The notes under the pieces were generated by a model. It saw only the letters and a list, made by a program, of their open reading frames with translations. It did no database searches and had not been told where the DNA came from. A program made the position numbers and the translations under genes. This document shows, in pieces, positions 48,754-59,547 of a stretch of DNA of 64,000 nucleotides. Location of the stretch: the NCBI GenBank assembly GCA_019057385.1, contig JAHQJS010000006.1, positions 805,038 through 869,037 of the forward strand, read 5' to 3'. The first letter of the stretch is position 1. Every line of letters starts with the position of its first letter. The DNA is from Candidatus Borrarchaeum weybense. Lineage in GTDB: Archaea > Asgardarchaeota > Sifarchaeia > Borrarchaeales > Borrarchaeaceae.

Positions 48754-49524
48754 TTAGGGCATCGATCTTATAGCAAGTTTTTGCTTTCCGAACCAACTAA
48801 AGGCAACGATCAGTGGGATCAAAGCAATCATTATGGTACCTAAACACCTGCCACCACCGCCATCACTAGTGTAATCCACAACTAATTGAGGCTCCCTATT
48901 GGTTTCTTTTGTACGGAATGAAACCCATGGCGACTTTGACTGTTCACTTTCATCTATTTGTAGCACAATGCTAATTGTTGTATCCTTTTTGGCGATGCTT
49001 GTCACATCCCATTCATGCCATTCTCCCGGTTCTGCGACAGAGACCGTGTCTACAGCATCACCTGAAGTATCTGGTGCATTTGCCCATGTAATCTCTAACT
49101 CTTCCCACGTATTATCAGGACAGTAAAAGGCACCTATTTTAGTTGTCTCCGTAACAACAACTGTATGTAATCTCAATGTTGCTGAATTAATAGTTGAGCC
49201 ACTTGGCACCTCAGAAAGATTGAATTTTAAGTAGGCACGACGTTCTATATCATCAAAAAAGGTTCTATTTTGATATGTCACGCGTAAAACATCTTGGCCT
49301 CCGAAGTTACTAGTGGATTTTTCTGAATTAATAAATGAATCGGCAATTGGTTCTAAAGTCTTTGTTTCTGCTTTAGCGCTAGGAGTTAGCAAAAGAATAC
49401 CTAATATAAACACAGCAAATATAAGCGGTTTTTTAATTTCTTCCGCCTCCTTATTTTTAGTATAAAAATCATGAAAGCTAATACTATTTAACATTTCAAA
49501 TATAGGGCAAAAATTACAAAACAA
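48754..49524 (-). CDS. Secreted DNRLRE-type beta-domain protein with Cys-containing C-terminal anchor; likely start ATT at 49437
   Basis: DSFI...NFGG, YLKFNLS, SATLRL, W.E..ITWANAP, WDVT, P.LVV.Y; C-terminus GGGGGRCLGT-TM-basic. Confidence 0.75.
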   Translation of the reverse strand: MFCNFCPIFEMLNSISFHDFYTKNKEAEEIKKPLIFAVFILGILLLTPSAKAETKTLEPIADSFINSEKSTSNFGGQDVLRVTYQNRTFFDDIERRAYLKFNLSEVPSGSTINSATLRLHTVVVTETTKIGAFYCPDNTWEELEITWANAPDTSGDAVDTVSVAEPGEWHEWDVTSIAKKDTTISIVLQIDESEQSKSPWVSFRTKETNREPQLVVDYTSDGGGGRCLGTIMIALIPLIVAFSWFGKQKLAIRSMP

Positions 49525-51394
49525 ATATCATTATGCTGCTATTCTCAAATACTTTTGCAAAGCTTCCTTCGAAAAACTGTAGTTTATCCTCAGGAAGTGT
49601 ATCTAAGACGACAAATAAGAAACTCGAATTGTATTTTTTAATTATCATCTCAGATTCTTGATAACTTCCTTCACCAAACACTATTAAACTCTCATTTATC
49701 CTGAGTGCGCGCTCCTCCTCTCTGGTAAGAGAGTAATAAGAAACGTAACCTAACGCAACTTTGTTTCCTGATAATGCGGGTATTTTCCTTGAAACATCTT
49801 CTGGGGCATAAACAATTTGGGAATTTTCTGTATTCTCTGCTAGCCACATAATACCTTCGTATTCATCTCCATCAACAATGAAATGTATCGGTGTCTTTCG
49901 CAGATTAAAAATGAAGAAACCAACTAATTGTGAAGTGAAAAGACCAATAAGAAGAATAAGAATAAATAAAATCCGTGCTTGAAATCGTGTAGGTTTTAGT
50001 TTTCTTAATCTATCGAAGAGTTTTATTTTGGATTGATTAGCAGAAAATAAATCAAACTTAAGAAATATGTATTCAAGAGCAAAAGGCGCATAGAAAAAGA
50101 ATGCATAGAACAAGAAATTTGTCTGACGAAATAATACCTGATATTCTATTCCTACCCACTGTAAATTGCCAATAACCATCCCCCAGAACCCCATAACTGC
50201 AGGAATTCCAAACTTATCCAAAGTTCCTTTTTTATATAGCCAGTAGACCCCTAGTACTGCTAATAGAAATACTAGGCCATAAGCCTCAAATATCTCCCAT
50301 GGATATGGCCATGATGGTCTTCCTGAAGGAGTTCTCAATCCCCATCCAGCACCTGTTGTTTGGCTTTCTAATACCCAGAGCGTAGACCCTCCTCCAGATA
50401 GGTTCAAAAGTACTGGTATTGTGACGAATGAACCAATTAGATGCCCAATTAAGAGAATTAAGAATTCACTTGAAATTTTCTTATCTCTAAAAAGCCTGAT
50501 AAAGAGTAAAATGAGGAATATCGCACTAAAACCTAGTGTAGAAAGATGATGTGTTATTATTGCCAGTCCTAAAAAGCCACCCGAGATGCCAAGATATTTC
50601 CAGTCGGTTAACCTCTCTATTTTCTTATAAAACAAAAGACTAAAGAAACCAAAACTGTATGAGAGCTTTGAATTTCTTTGAGTAAATAGATTATGTCGTA
50701 GATCCCAGTATTCAAACATCACAAAGTTTATCTTCTCTTTCACAAATGGGTCAACGTTTAAATTCGTGTTTCCTGTAAGGATACTCATTATTCCTACTTG
50801 TACTGTTCCCCAATTGAATATAAGTATGCCTAACAAACGAATCCAGGATAATGAATACGCAAAAACGGAAAAAAATAGTGCTAATCTGGCTTGTTTTTTG
50901 TTATTGAATATCGTAAGGCAAAGCATGTAAAATGCATAATGAAACAAAAACTGTGCGATTATATTCATTATATGCTGCGTCCAAAAAGAAGGGAGATTAA
51001 ATGCTTCACCAATAAGCAAACAGGTCCAAAAAAATAATGGTGGTTGATGTAATAAGGGTTCTGTAATATCTGCGTTATAAGGATCGCTGAAAGGATAAAT
51101 TCTGCCAGTTCTAATTTCTTCAATTACTGCAACTTCACCCCATCCATCTCCGAGTAATCCTACAAAAACATTCCCATCTCTTGCTGCAAATACAAGCCCA
51201 AAGATGATTAGAATGATTATTAACAATGAATTGAACAATGAAAGAAGGACTGGATGCGTTAAGTATCTAACCCATTTATTTTGGAAGTCATAATCATCAA
51301 AAAGCAGTTTAGCCATTATAACACCATCATTCTTAGGAGAGGACCAAACACTTAGTAGATTCTTTTTTTTACGTACTTTTCGAATTTGGTTCAT
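49514..51394 (-). CDS. Polytopic GT-C-like membrane protein
   Basis: HQPPLF, many TMs, C-terminal WLAENT..IPALSG..VFENS domain. Confidence 0.55.
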   Translation of the reverse strand: MNQIRKVRKKKNLLSVWSSPKNDGVIMAKLLFDDYDFQNKWVRYLTHPVLLSLFNSLLIIILIIFGLVFAARDGNVFVGLLGDGWGEVAVIEEIRTGRIYPFSDPYNADITEPLLHQPPLFFWTCLLIGEAFNLPSFWTQHIMNIIAQFLFHYAFYMLCLTIFNNKKQARLALFFSVFAYSLSWIRLLGILIFNWGTVQVGIMSILTGNTNLNVDPFVKEKINFVMFEYWDLRHNLFTQRNSKLSYSFGFFSLLFYKKIERLTDWKYLGISGGFLGLAIITHHLSTLGFSAIFLILLFIRLFRDKKISSEFLILLIGHLIGSFVTIPVLLNLSGGGSTLWVLESQTTGAGWGLRTPSGRPSWPYPWEIFEAYGLVFLLAVLGVYWLYKKGTLDKFGIPAVMGFWGMVIGNLQWVGIEYQVLFRQTNFLFYAFFFYAPFALEYIFLKFDLFSANQSKIKLFDRLRKLKPTRFQARILFILILLIGLFTSQLVGFFIFNLRKTPIHFIVDGDEYEGIMWLAENTENSQIVYAPEDVSRKIPALSGNKVALGYVSYYSLTREEERALRINESLIVFGEGSYQESEMIIKKYNSSFLFVVLDTLPEDKLQFFEGSFAKVFENSSIMIFVL

Positions 51395-51601
51395 ATTAGT
51401 TTAAATGAAAATGTTGCTGTTGCAAGTCAAGGGAGTAGACTATTCACCTGATCATAGTTGCGTGGTAAACTTGCGTTTATGATGATTTAGAAGTTGTTAA
51501 TAAAAAGTTATTGTGAAATAATAGATTTTTCAATCAAAAATGAGTTGTTTTGCCAGATTTTAGAGAACCTGAAATTTAATATAATGTCCAAATTCACGGT
51601 C

Positions 51602-52666
51602 TTATGATTTTTTTAATAACTTCTCCACACTTATCTCGATCCCTCGTGCAGTAAGCAATAGAATGGATGGGACCGACGGAAGTAGATAAAAAATAAATTG
51701 AGTAGTTCTAGGTAAGAGAAAGAAAAAACCATATTGGGTTATGAACCACAAGACTGGCAGTATTTCAGTGAAATTTACGTTGTTCTCTTTGTTCTTGATA
51801 GCTAAGTAGATTAAGTATATACTGGTTGGAATAGCAAGAAGATAAAGATATGGGTTGGCGACAGCTATTAGATCACAAGTATTTCGATAGAATACAAAGG
51901 GCTTTATGTTAAAAAGCCAGCCCTCTGGTCGACTTGCAAAAGGATGTTCAACATTCAATCCGAAACTCCATACTAGATAGAAAAGTGTATAGGCAGACCA
52001 CTTCCCTATGCCCTCAATGAACATAATCGGTAAAACTATCACAAAAAAGACTGCTATCGGAACACTAACAAACAATCGAATAAGTCTCCATTCCCTTATA
52101 TAGAGGAGATATAATACCACCCCGCATATAGAGAATACAGCAACAAATTTCACACTAGATGCAAGTCCAAAAAATACTGCCGATATAAAATATCTCTGAT
52201 AAGTGAAGGCAAGAAATGCAAAAGTAATGAAAAAGGTTAGGTAAATGTCTAACATGGCAATGCATGACATAGCATAAGTAAGCGGATCAATAAGGATGAA
52301 AACTCCGCTTAAGATACCAACTTTTTCATGCCAAATTTTTTTACCAATTAAATAAACAAGTGGCGAGATTAAACTTCCAAGAAACGCTCCATTAATCCTC
52401 CAGCCAAATGAATTGTCACCAAACATAAGAATTCCAAGACCTATGAGATATTTCCCAAGAGGCGGATGAACAAGATTAGGGTCGCTACCTGTGGATATTA
52501 AAGACCTTGCTGCTACAACATAATATATTTCATCAGAGATAATATGTGGCGGATGAGTTAATCTAAGAATTCTAGTAATAAAAGCCGTAGAAAATAGAAG
52601 AAGAATTACAATAATGTGCTTATGCTCTTTTACAATATTAATGAAATGATTCAATCGCAATTTCAT
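51602..52666 (-). CDS. Dolichyl-phosphate-mannose protein O-mannosyltransferase (GT39/PMT)
   Basis: DEIYY, HPPLGK, FGWR, AMLD, HPFASRPEGW, FYLLP. Confidence 0.85.
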   Translation of the reverse strand: MKLRLNHFINIVKEHKHIIVILLLFSTAFITRILRLTHPPHIISDEIYYVVAARSLISTGSDPNLVHPPLGKYLIGLGILMFGDNSFGWRINGAFLGSLISPLVYLIGKKIWHEKVGILSGVFILIDPLTYAMSCIAMLDIYLTFFITFAFLAFTYQRYFISAVFFGLASSVKFVAVFSICGVVLYLLYIREWRLIRLFVSVPIAVFFVIVLPIMFIEGIGKWSAYTLFYLVWSFGLNVEHPFASRPEGWLFNIKPFVFYRNTCDLIAVANPYLYLLAIPTSIYLIYLAIKNKENNVNFTEILPVLWFITQYGFFFLLPRTTQFIFYLLPSVPSILLLTARGIEISVEKLLKKS

Positions 52667-52795
52667 ACATCTCTTAGAAGAACTAAGTCCTTTTACTATT
52701 TGATTTATTTCACCATAGATTTTATGATGTAGATTAATCAGTGTGCTTTTTATCCTTTAGACCACAAATTATCTGACTATTGATTCAACTAGGAT

Positions 52796-53746
52796 ATGAA
52801 CAAAATGGTAAGTGTTATCACTTGTGGAGCGATTAATAGCGACATTAAGCTTTTTGTAAAGAGGTTTCCTAAAATAGGAGAAGAAGTCCCGATAAAACAG
52901 ATAGGGAGAGTTCCTGGAGGAAAAGCAGCAAATGTTGCAGTAGCAGCAGCGCGAGTTTCTGATCCACATGCCGTGGCAATATTTGGAGGAGTTGGTCATG
53001 ACGAGATCGGAAAAGAGCAGATAAATTTACTGAAACAAGAAGGTGTAGTTACAGATGGAATCAAAATCGTAGACAACATAGAATCTGGTCAAGCATATAT
53101 TGTCATCGATGAAGGTGGACAGAACGTTATACATACTTACTTCGGTGCAAATAATGAGATAGAACCACAAGATATAATATCACCAGAACGAATAGCGCTA
53201 ATTAAAGAAGCGAAAATAATAGCAATTTCCGATCCTCCCTTAGAAACTGCTACAATGCTGGCCAAACTTGGGAGTGAATACAAAGCAGAAATTCTTTGGG
53301 ATCCTGGTACAAAGATAAGTGAGGGGCTATCAGGACTCTCAAAATGTCTTAATTTTGTGGATTTTTTACTTCTTAATGAAGTAGAAGCGGAAACTCTTAC
53401 TGGTTGTACAGATCTTTCAGAAGCGGTCGAATCAATTTCTAAGTTTAATAAGAATCTAAAAATAATCTTTAAACAGGGTAAGAATGGATGTATTTGTGCC
53501 TTCAATCAAGAAATAATGAAGATTCCAGGAATTGACTTGGAAAAAATGGGACTCAAAGTGGTTTCCACAGTAGGATCTGGAGACGCGTTTTTCGGTGTTA
53601 TTGCTGCATTCCTGAGTATAAAACATTCAATAAAAGATGCTTTAATTCATGCAAATGCTGCTGGTGCATTAAATGCTACACGTCCTGAAACAAGAGGTAG
53701 CCCTACTAAGACACAACTGAGCACATTTCTTAAGAAATTAGATTAA
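52796..53746 (+). CDS. PfkB/ribokinase-family sugar kinase
   Basis: GGKAANVA, NEVE, STVGSGDAF. Confidence 0.88.
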   Translation: MNKMVSVITCGAINSDIKLFVKRFPKIGEEVPIKQIGRVPGGKAANVAVAAARVSDPHAVAIFGGVGHDEIGKEQINLLKQEGVVTDGIKIVDNIESGQAYIVIDEGGQNVIHTYFGANNEIEPQDIISPERIALIKEAKIIAISDPPLETATMLAKLGSEYKAEILWDPGTKISEGLSGLSKCLNFVDFLLLNEVEAETLTGCTDLSEAVESISKFNKNLKIIFKQGKNGCICAFNQEIMKIPGIDLEKMGLKVVSTVGSGDAFFGVIAAFLSIKHSIKDALIHANAAGALNATRPETRGSPTKTQLSTFLKKLD

Positions 53747-53842
53747 ATAAGAACTGCTCAAGCAAAGGGTATAGAATCGCTTAGAAAACACTCTAATATA
53801 TAAGAACAAAAAAAATGAAAAGAAAGGGTGAAAAATCATTGT

Positions 53843-55105
53843 TTATAGATAGATCTCTCTTGCCTTTTCAGTATCAATCAAGTTAACAGGGATAATAAGT
53901 ACTAGCATAAATGTTGCCACAAGGAAAAATGTACCTTCCATGCCAAGGCTTGGAACAACAACTCCAGCAAGTCCGCGACCAACAAATGTTCCAATATTCA
54001 AAAATGCCATATAGAGTGCAAACATAATACCTGCAATTTTTGGTTTCGTTATATCCATGAATATTGCAATCTGAGCAACTCTTCCAAAGCCAACAGCTAA
54101 GAATATGAACACCCAGACATAATATAGCTCTGTCAAAGTGGTCACGAGTGCAGTGAGAACATATCCAGCTGCGAAACAAAGTAAGGCAACTGACAACACT
54201 TTTTTCTGACCGAATTGTTGTATTTTTTCCCCTAGTAGCCATCCAATTATTGCTCCGACTATAGCAAAGATAGAGGTCACCGCAGTAAATGCACCAACCT
54301 GATAAACAGTGGCTCCGAATTTCATGACCATCCATGGCTCGAAAAAGAAGTCTGTCATACCAGAATCTATATTATAGAACGCGGCAAAAATTAGTCCCCA
54401 TATCACAAATCGTTGATTCGAAAAGATATCCTTTAAGTTATCTTTGCTGAAAAAATCCTTTATATCATCCGTTGTGACGCTTTCTGCTTTACTTACTTCT
54501 TTTTCAGGTGCGAAGATTACAAAGAGGAGTGTAGTAGTCGATACAAGCGCCCCAATAACGAAACCAGTGACAAAACTACCTGCCATAAGAATAGATCCAA
54601 TCACAAAGCCAGCAAATAATGTACCAAGATATGAGCCGATCCATAGGACCATACTAAGCAAATTTCGTTTTGTTGTTTCATTTTCAACGCTCAAGGCATC
54701 TACACAAGTGTCAAGCATTGACCATCCGAGATTTTGGAAGAACCAAACTGTTACATAGAGTATTCCATTTGTCGGGTCGATTATCACCAGAAACGGCAAT
54801 AAAGCGAAATTTAAAACGCTTCCTAATACTATATAGGGCCTTCTTCTTAAGTTTCTTCCAAATAGGGTAAATGAGTACTTGTCACTAATAAATCCCCAAA
54901 TTGGTTTTGCCAACCATGGAATAAATGCTACTGTGGAATATATAGCTACAGTGACTATATCTAACCCCATGAACACAATTAAGTAGATAGGAAGAAATGT
55001 CGAAGTTAAGATTGACGCAATACCCTCTACGAAATAAGTGCCAGAAACTAATGGATAATACCGTATCCTTGAAATATCTTCACTTTCTCCACCCATTTTA
55101 ATCAA
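53843..55105 (-). CDS. MFS transporter (AmpG/BT1-like)
   Basis: PWLAKPIWGFISD...RRRPY, DTCVDAL; 12 TM. Confidence 0.82.
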   Translation of the reverse strand: MIKMGGESEDISRIRYYPLVSGTYFVEGIASILTSTFLPIYLIVFMGLDIVTVAIYSTVAFIPWLAKPIWGFISDKYSFTLFGRNLRRRPYIVLGSVLNFALLPFLVIIDPTNGILYVTVWFFQNLGWSMLDTCVDALSVENETTKRNLLSMVLWIGSYLGTLFAGFVIGSILMAGSFVTGFVIGALVSTTTLLFVIFAPEKEVSKAESVTTDDIKDFFSKDNLKDIFSNQRFVIWGLIFAAFYNIDSGMTDFFFEPWMVMKFGATVYQVGAFTAVTSIFAIVGAIIGWLLGEKIQQFGQKKVLSVALLCFAAGYVLTALVTTLTELYYVWVFIFLAVGFGRVAQIAIFMDITKPKIAGIMFALYMAFLNIGTFVGRGLAGVVVPSLGMEGTFFLVATFMLVLIIPVNLIDTEKAREIYL

Positions 55106-55287
55106 CCAGCAGAAACTTTACTATTTTATAAGTATTATACGGTGCTTCTTTTTTTGTAGTAGAAGAAGTTAGTAGACAAATATCACTTCTTAATAATAAA
55201 TCTATGCGTCAATGAGTATTAACTCTCATCAACTTTTTGATTTCCTTGTCTGGAATGCCGATAATCAGGAAGAAAACTCGTGCACAA

Positions 55288-56493
55288 TTAAACATTACTC
55301 ACAGGTGTCCTCAGTTCCCTATCAGGAATTCCGACCAAGAGGAAAAAAATACCGCCTACTAACACACATACTGCAGGTAATAAGAAACTGTATACTGGAG
55401 CTATGGTTTCCCATAATATACCAGATATAATCGGACCAATTATCCCTCCTGACATTTTCAAAACGTTCAATATGCTAACAGTTCTTCCACGAATCTCGAT
55501 CGAGGTAAGGTTCATCATGTATGATGTGCCTGCATTTAAAATCATCGAATTACCAGTTCCAAAAAAAATCAAAGCCACCGTTAAGCCTATAAAACTGCCT
55601 TGTGTCCCGATTAAATAGAAAGAAAATGCTGCAACGAGGAGTCCAATACCCAGTGTATTCTTATTGGAGTACTTATCAGCAAGTTTTCCCGTCGGCACAG
55701 AAGTAATGAAATACGCGATCATATAAACGAACCATGCTATGCCGACGTAATTCAAAGTTAAATCATACTGGAGTATCATGAAGATGGACAAAACAGGCAT
55801 TATTGCGGCCACACCAAAGTTGGCTAATATAATTGCGATGAGATAGATTATCAGGGGTCGTCTTGTTTTTTCACTAAATATGCGTTTCAAGTTAATTTTG
55901 TATCGCTCCTCAATATCCAACCTTAGGGTTTCCCTCATCAGCAATACCACGACAATCAATGAAACAAAACAAAGTAACGAGCCAATCAAGAAAGAGAAAA
56001 AGAATGAGAGCGTTGTCGCCACAAATCCGCTCAAAAAATACCCTACAATAATTGCCCCCGCACCAGCAGCATGATATATACCATAGGCACTGCCTCTTTC
56101 CTCATCTGTTACTACATCTGCAATTGCAGATTGTGCAGCGGGTTTGAATGAAGAATCCCCCAATCCTTCAAGTGAATACAACACCCCGAATGCCATAGGT
56201 TTATCTGCTAATATCCTAAGAAGATAAGAAAACGCATAACCTAAAAGTCCTAACATCATGGTGGGTTTTCTCCCTTTTTTATCGGAAAATATACCAAAAG
56301 GAATAGGAAATACCACAAAAGCTGCTGTATAAAAAGCGTAAATCAATCCAATCGTAAGCACATCGAAGCTCATCACGTCATATAAAAAAAGCGTGAAAAC
56401 TGGTGTGATAAGACCCGCACCAAGAGCGGCAATCCCAGTAATTGCAGAAAGAAAAAGAACAATACGTTTTGATATACCATCCATAAACTTCAC
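55288..56493 (-). CDS. MFS transporter (drug:H+ antiporter-like)
   Basis: GIFSDKKGRK motif A, RG.AYG, GKLADK. Confidence 0.85.
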   Translation of the reverse strand: MKFMDGISKRIVLFLSAITGIAALGAGLITPVFTLFLYDVMSFDVLTIGLIYAFYTAAFVVFPIPFGIFSDKKGRKPTMMLGLLGYAFSYLLRILADKPMAFGVLYSLEGLGDSSFKPAAQSAIADVVTDEERGSAYGIYHAAGAGAIIVGYFLSGFVATTLSFFFSFLIGSLLCFVSLIVVVLLMRETLRLDIEERYKINLKRIFSEKTRRPLIIYLIAIILANFGVAAIMPVLSIFMILQYDLTLNYVGIAWFVYMIAYFITSVPTGKLADKYSNKNTLGIGLLVAAFSFYLIGTQGSFIGLTVALIFFGTGNSMILNAGTSYMMNLTSIEIRGRTVSILNVLKMSGGIIGPIISGILWETIAPVYSFLLPAVCVLVGGIFFLLVGIPDRELRTPVSNV

Positions 56494-56610
56494 TAAAACA
56501 AAATATCGTAAAATAGTATTTAAGTCCCTAACAAAGAAACTTAATTTAATCCCTTTGCAGACAATTAGCTTTCATTCTACAACATAAGTAGAAAAAGGTT
56601 TGAGCGGTGT

Positions 56611-56841
56611 TTAAGCGCAGATAGGTAAGTTAAAGACCACGTTGGTGCTACCTAATAGCACTCTTATCCGCAGAACTGTTACTTTTCGTATATGTTGCAA
56701 GATTTGATTGAGATAATGTTCAAGCATAGATTCTTCAACATTCTCTATATTTAGTCGAATCCAGGTTTCATCAGAGTCTTCAATAGTAACTTCACCGCTC
56801 TTAATAAAGCCCAAAGCATCTAAGTCATTAAAAATGTTCAT
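56611..56841 (-). CDS. Small hypothetical protein (76 aa, possibly ACT-like)
   Basis: ATG preceded by AGGAGGT; alternating beta/alpha pattern. Confidence 0.55.
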   Translation of the reverse strand: MNIFNDLDALGFIKSGEVTIEDSDETWIRLNIENVEESMLEHYLNQILQHIRKVTVLRIRVLLGSTNVVFNLPICA

Positions 56842-56890
56842 CTAGTTTCGACCTCCTGTATTGTTCGGTAGTGAAAACCTGTTTCAGACT

Positions 56891-56920
56891 TTACATTGGC
56901 CATGGACCGCCAGGACCCAT
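56891..56920 (-). CDS. Candidate 9-aa micropeptide MGPGGPWPM
   Basis: AAAGGAGGT 7 nt before ATG GGT CCT GGC GGT CCA TGG CCA ATG TAA; TTTATAAA at 57007-57014 upstream. Confidence 0.45.
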   Translation of the reverse strand: MGPGGPWPM

Positions 56921-57399
56921 TCACATAACCTCCTTTGCAATTTTTCACAAACATTTGAACCCTCTCATTGGATAAGAACTATATTGGATATAACTAGTAG
57001 TTAGTCTTTATAAACGAGTAGCTTAGGTTGCCCAATTTCTAGAAATCTTCAATTACTGAGAACTTAGCAATTTTTTTTGTCGGTATTTTTCGCAATAAAT
57101 TTCAAAAAGGAATTTACAAGATCTTTTTAATAACACTTCAACTAATGAACTTCAATAGGAGTTATGTCGGATACAGATAACCACAAAAGCGAAAAGTAGT
57201 TTTTACAGAATTCCCAAAACTCCCAAATATAATACCCCAATGTTACGACAAAGTCTAATCAAATTGCCGACAAAAAAGAAGATCTCACAAAAAGATTTAC
57301 AAGATTCCCCAAATTTAAATGGCTTACGAGCGAAGATTCTAGATATTTTTGAGCCATCCTGAAAAGTTTTTTATATTACTAAAACTATGTATATAAATT

Positions 57400-59007
57400 A
57401 TGGCGCCTTCTGGGGAAGAAATCACTATTTCTGAAGATCATAAGGAAACAACTCAACCTGAAGGTCTTGAGACACTACAAAATGAACTTGTTTTTATTGC
57501 GAAATTTCTTGCAACCCCCATCCCTCAGAGGGAAAAACTTGATGTAGAACATTACATGTCTTTCAACCGGCAAAAAAGATTGATGAATCTTTTTTTAGAC
57601 TACTTCTTACCGACAAAGATATTTCCAGAGACCGTAGAAGAGGATCTTGCCTATTTACTCGCATATAATCTATTAGATGTTCTTGAAAAAGAGGAATTAC
57701 TCAAGGAATGGTATAAACTACGCGGTTTAAATCCCAATAAGCCCGATGAGATATTTACCGAATGCGAGGATGGATCAACCTATCGAAGTGTACACGATTT
57801 ATTGGAGGCAGACTCCCGCACTTTCGGTCAGTTTCTCCCCACATTATTAAAGAAAATGCAGCGACTGAGAAAATATATTACGGAACCTCTCGAATTAGAT
57901 GAAACCACCCGCTATTTAGATAATATTTGGCTTAGTCAAAAACCGACACTATCAAAAAACGACATTAATGTTATTCTCTATATTGACGCCCGCCCCTTTG
58001 CTAAGAATAAGGAGATTGCTCAAGCAGTAGACATGCACGAAAACTCAATAAGTTATATATTGGATCGCTTAGAAAAATTGTGTCGTTTTGGTGTGTTCGG
58101 TCGACCGAACCTTGGGAAATTAGGTCTTCAAAAAATAATTGTCAAAACAGAAGGTAACATCACCATTGACTTTCCCTACTTAATATCAACTCAAGAACTA
58201 CGTGCTGGCAATGTAGTAAAGTTGTTCCCCTTCCATATCCCCAGAAAAAGGGATATATATATTCGAGAATTCTATGATTCTTTAAAAAGCCATCTAGAAC
58301 TTGAAATGTATCGGCTCATAGAACTGAAGGATAATCTCTCGTTCCAATACTATGATCAAGAGACTCAGGAATGGGATATCGATTGGGATATTTGGACGTT
58401 ATGGCTGGAACGTTTCCTCTATAAAGAAGGATATAACGAAATCGGTCCTGATATTACAAAGATTAGAGTTAGTGATCAAACACCTATTTCATTTGACTCT
58501 AAAGACCTTCAAATCATTGACTATTATAAGAATAACTTAAGAATGCCGATGTCTCACATAGGGGAACACGTCGGTATGACAAAAGCAGGTGCACGCCATA
58601 GAGTCAAGAAATTGAGAGATAATGATGTCATCGTTCCGTTTGTCACTTTAATGCAAATTGGGTTAGATGAACAAATCGTGGTGTTATATACTGGCGAGGA
58701 AGAATATTTAAACTCCTTTGAGGCTGCACTCTTTGAATTACCCGTAGTATATAGTTACTCACTTCAGGGATTTCCAGATACAACTAAAAAATGTCTTCTT
58801 GCTTGGCTACAGGTACCATCAGGTAGTTTTGTCAAATTTGCCGATGCCGTGACGAGCACTCTAAAAGAAAGTGAATCAATTTGGCTCGGTCATCGCTATC
58901 TTCTTAGATCTAGTGCGCGATTGATTCCTATTGATATGTTCGACCCCGAAACGAAAAAATGGCGCTGGGGTAAAGATGTGCTTGCTCAACTAAAGATTGA
59001 AAAATAA
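57400..59007 (+). CDS. Large tandem Lrp/AsnC-type winged-helix regulator
   Basis: Two HTH units (LSKNDINVI..KEIAQAV..; FDSKDLQII..SHIGEHVGMTKAGARHRVKKL) each followed by an alpha/beta domain and a Trp-rich turn. Confidence 0.7.
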   Translation: MAPSGEEITISEDHKETTQPEGLETLQNELVFIAKFLATPIPQREKLDVEHYMSFNRQKRLMNLFLDYFLPTKIFPETVEEDLAYLLAYNLLDVLEKEELLKEWYKLRGLNPNKPDEIFTECEDGSTYRSVHDLLEADSRTFGQFLPTLLKKMQRLRKYITEPLELDETTRYLDNIWLSQKPTLSKNDINVILYIDARPFAKNKEIAQAVDMHENSISYILDRLEKLCRFGVFGRPNLGKLGLQKIIVKTEGNITIDFPYLISTQELRAGNVVKLFPFHIPRKRDIYIREFYDSLKSHLELEMYRLIELKDNLSFQYYDQETQEWDIDWDIWTLWLERFLYKEGYNEIGPDITKIRVSDQTPISFDSKDLQIIDYYKNNLRMPMSHIGEHVGMTKAGARHRVKKLRDNDVIVPFVTLMQIGLDEQIVVLYTGEEEYLNSFEAALFELPVVYSYSLQGFPDTTKKCLLAWLQVPSGSFVKFADAVTSTLKESESIWLGHRYLLRSSARLIPIDMFDPETKKWRWGKDVLAQLKIEK

Positions 59008-59067
59008 GCTAACTAAGAAAAATTGAAATTTCTTTCTTGCATTAAAAAAAAGACCAAAATCTAGATT

Positions 59068-59547
59068 TTAAGATGCCACTTCTTCTGTAAAGTCTCCTAA
59101 TACATTAGCAACTGCTTTTTCTACAATTTTCTTGGCATTTTCAGTAAATTGTAAGTCATCATTGTCAATAACATGCACGTAATCAATTTGATAAGATCCG
59201 TCATTCCATAAAGTTATTGATCCAACCACATGTCCAATTTCTGATACAATGCCTACATTTACTATTGCCATTTCAATTAAGTCGGTGAGATCTCCCAATC
59301 CACTAAGAATTTCTAAAGCACTTCTAATTCGAAAGTTAGTATTCTTTGATATTTCTCTTAAGGAAATCACACAGTAACAGTCTGCCAATCGTCCAAGTTG
59401 CAATTCGTCCTGAAAAAATTCTTTAACAGTGGGAAGAATTTCCCTTTCAATTATAGCGCTATCATCTAATATTAGAAGGAGATCACCCAAGTTACTCTGT
59501 TCGCCTACTTCAGTTACCTGTAACAGTTGATTTTTCCAATTGAACAA
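59068..59547 (-). CDS. Hypothetical protein
   Basis: 159-aa ORF, TTG start after GAGGGG. Confidence 0.55.
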   Translation of the reverse strand: MFNWKNQLLQVTEVGEQSNLGDLLLILDDSAIIEREILPTVKEFFQDELQLGRLADCYCVISLREISKNTNFRIRSALEILSGLGDLTDLIEMAIVNVGIVSEIGHVVGSITLWNDGSYQIDYVHVIDNDDLQFTENAKKIVEKAVANVLGDFTEEVAS

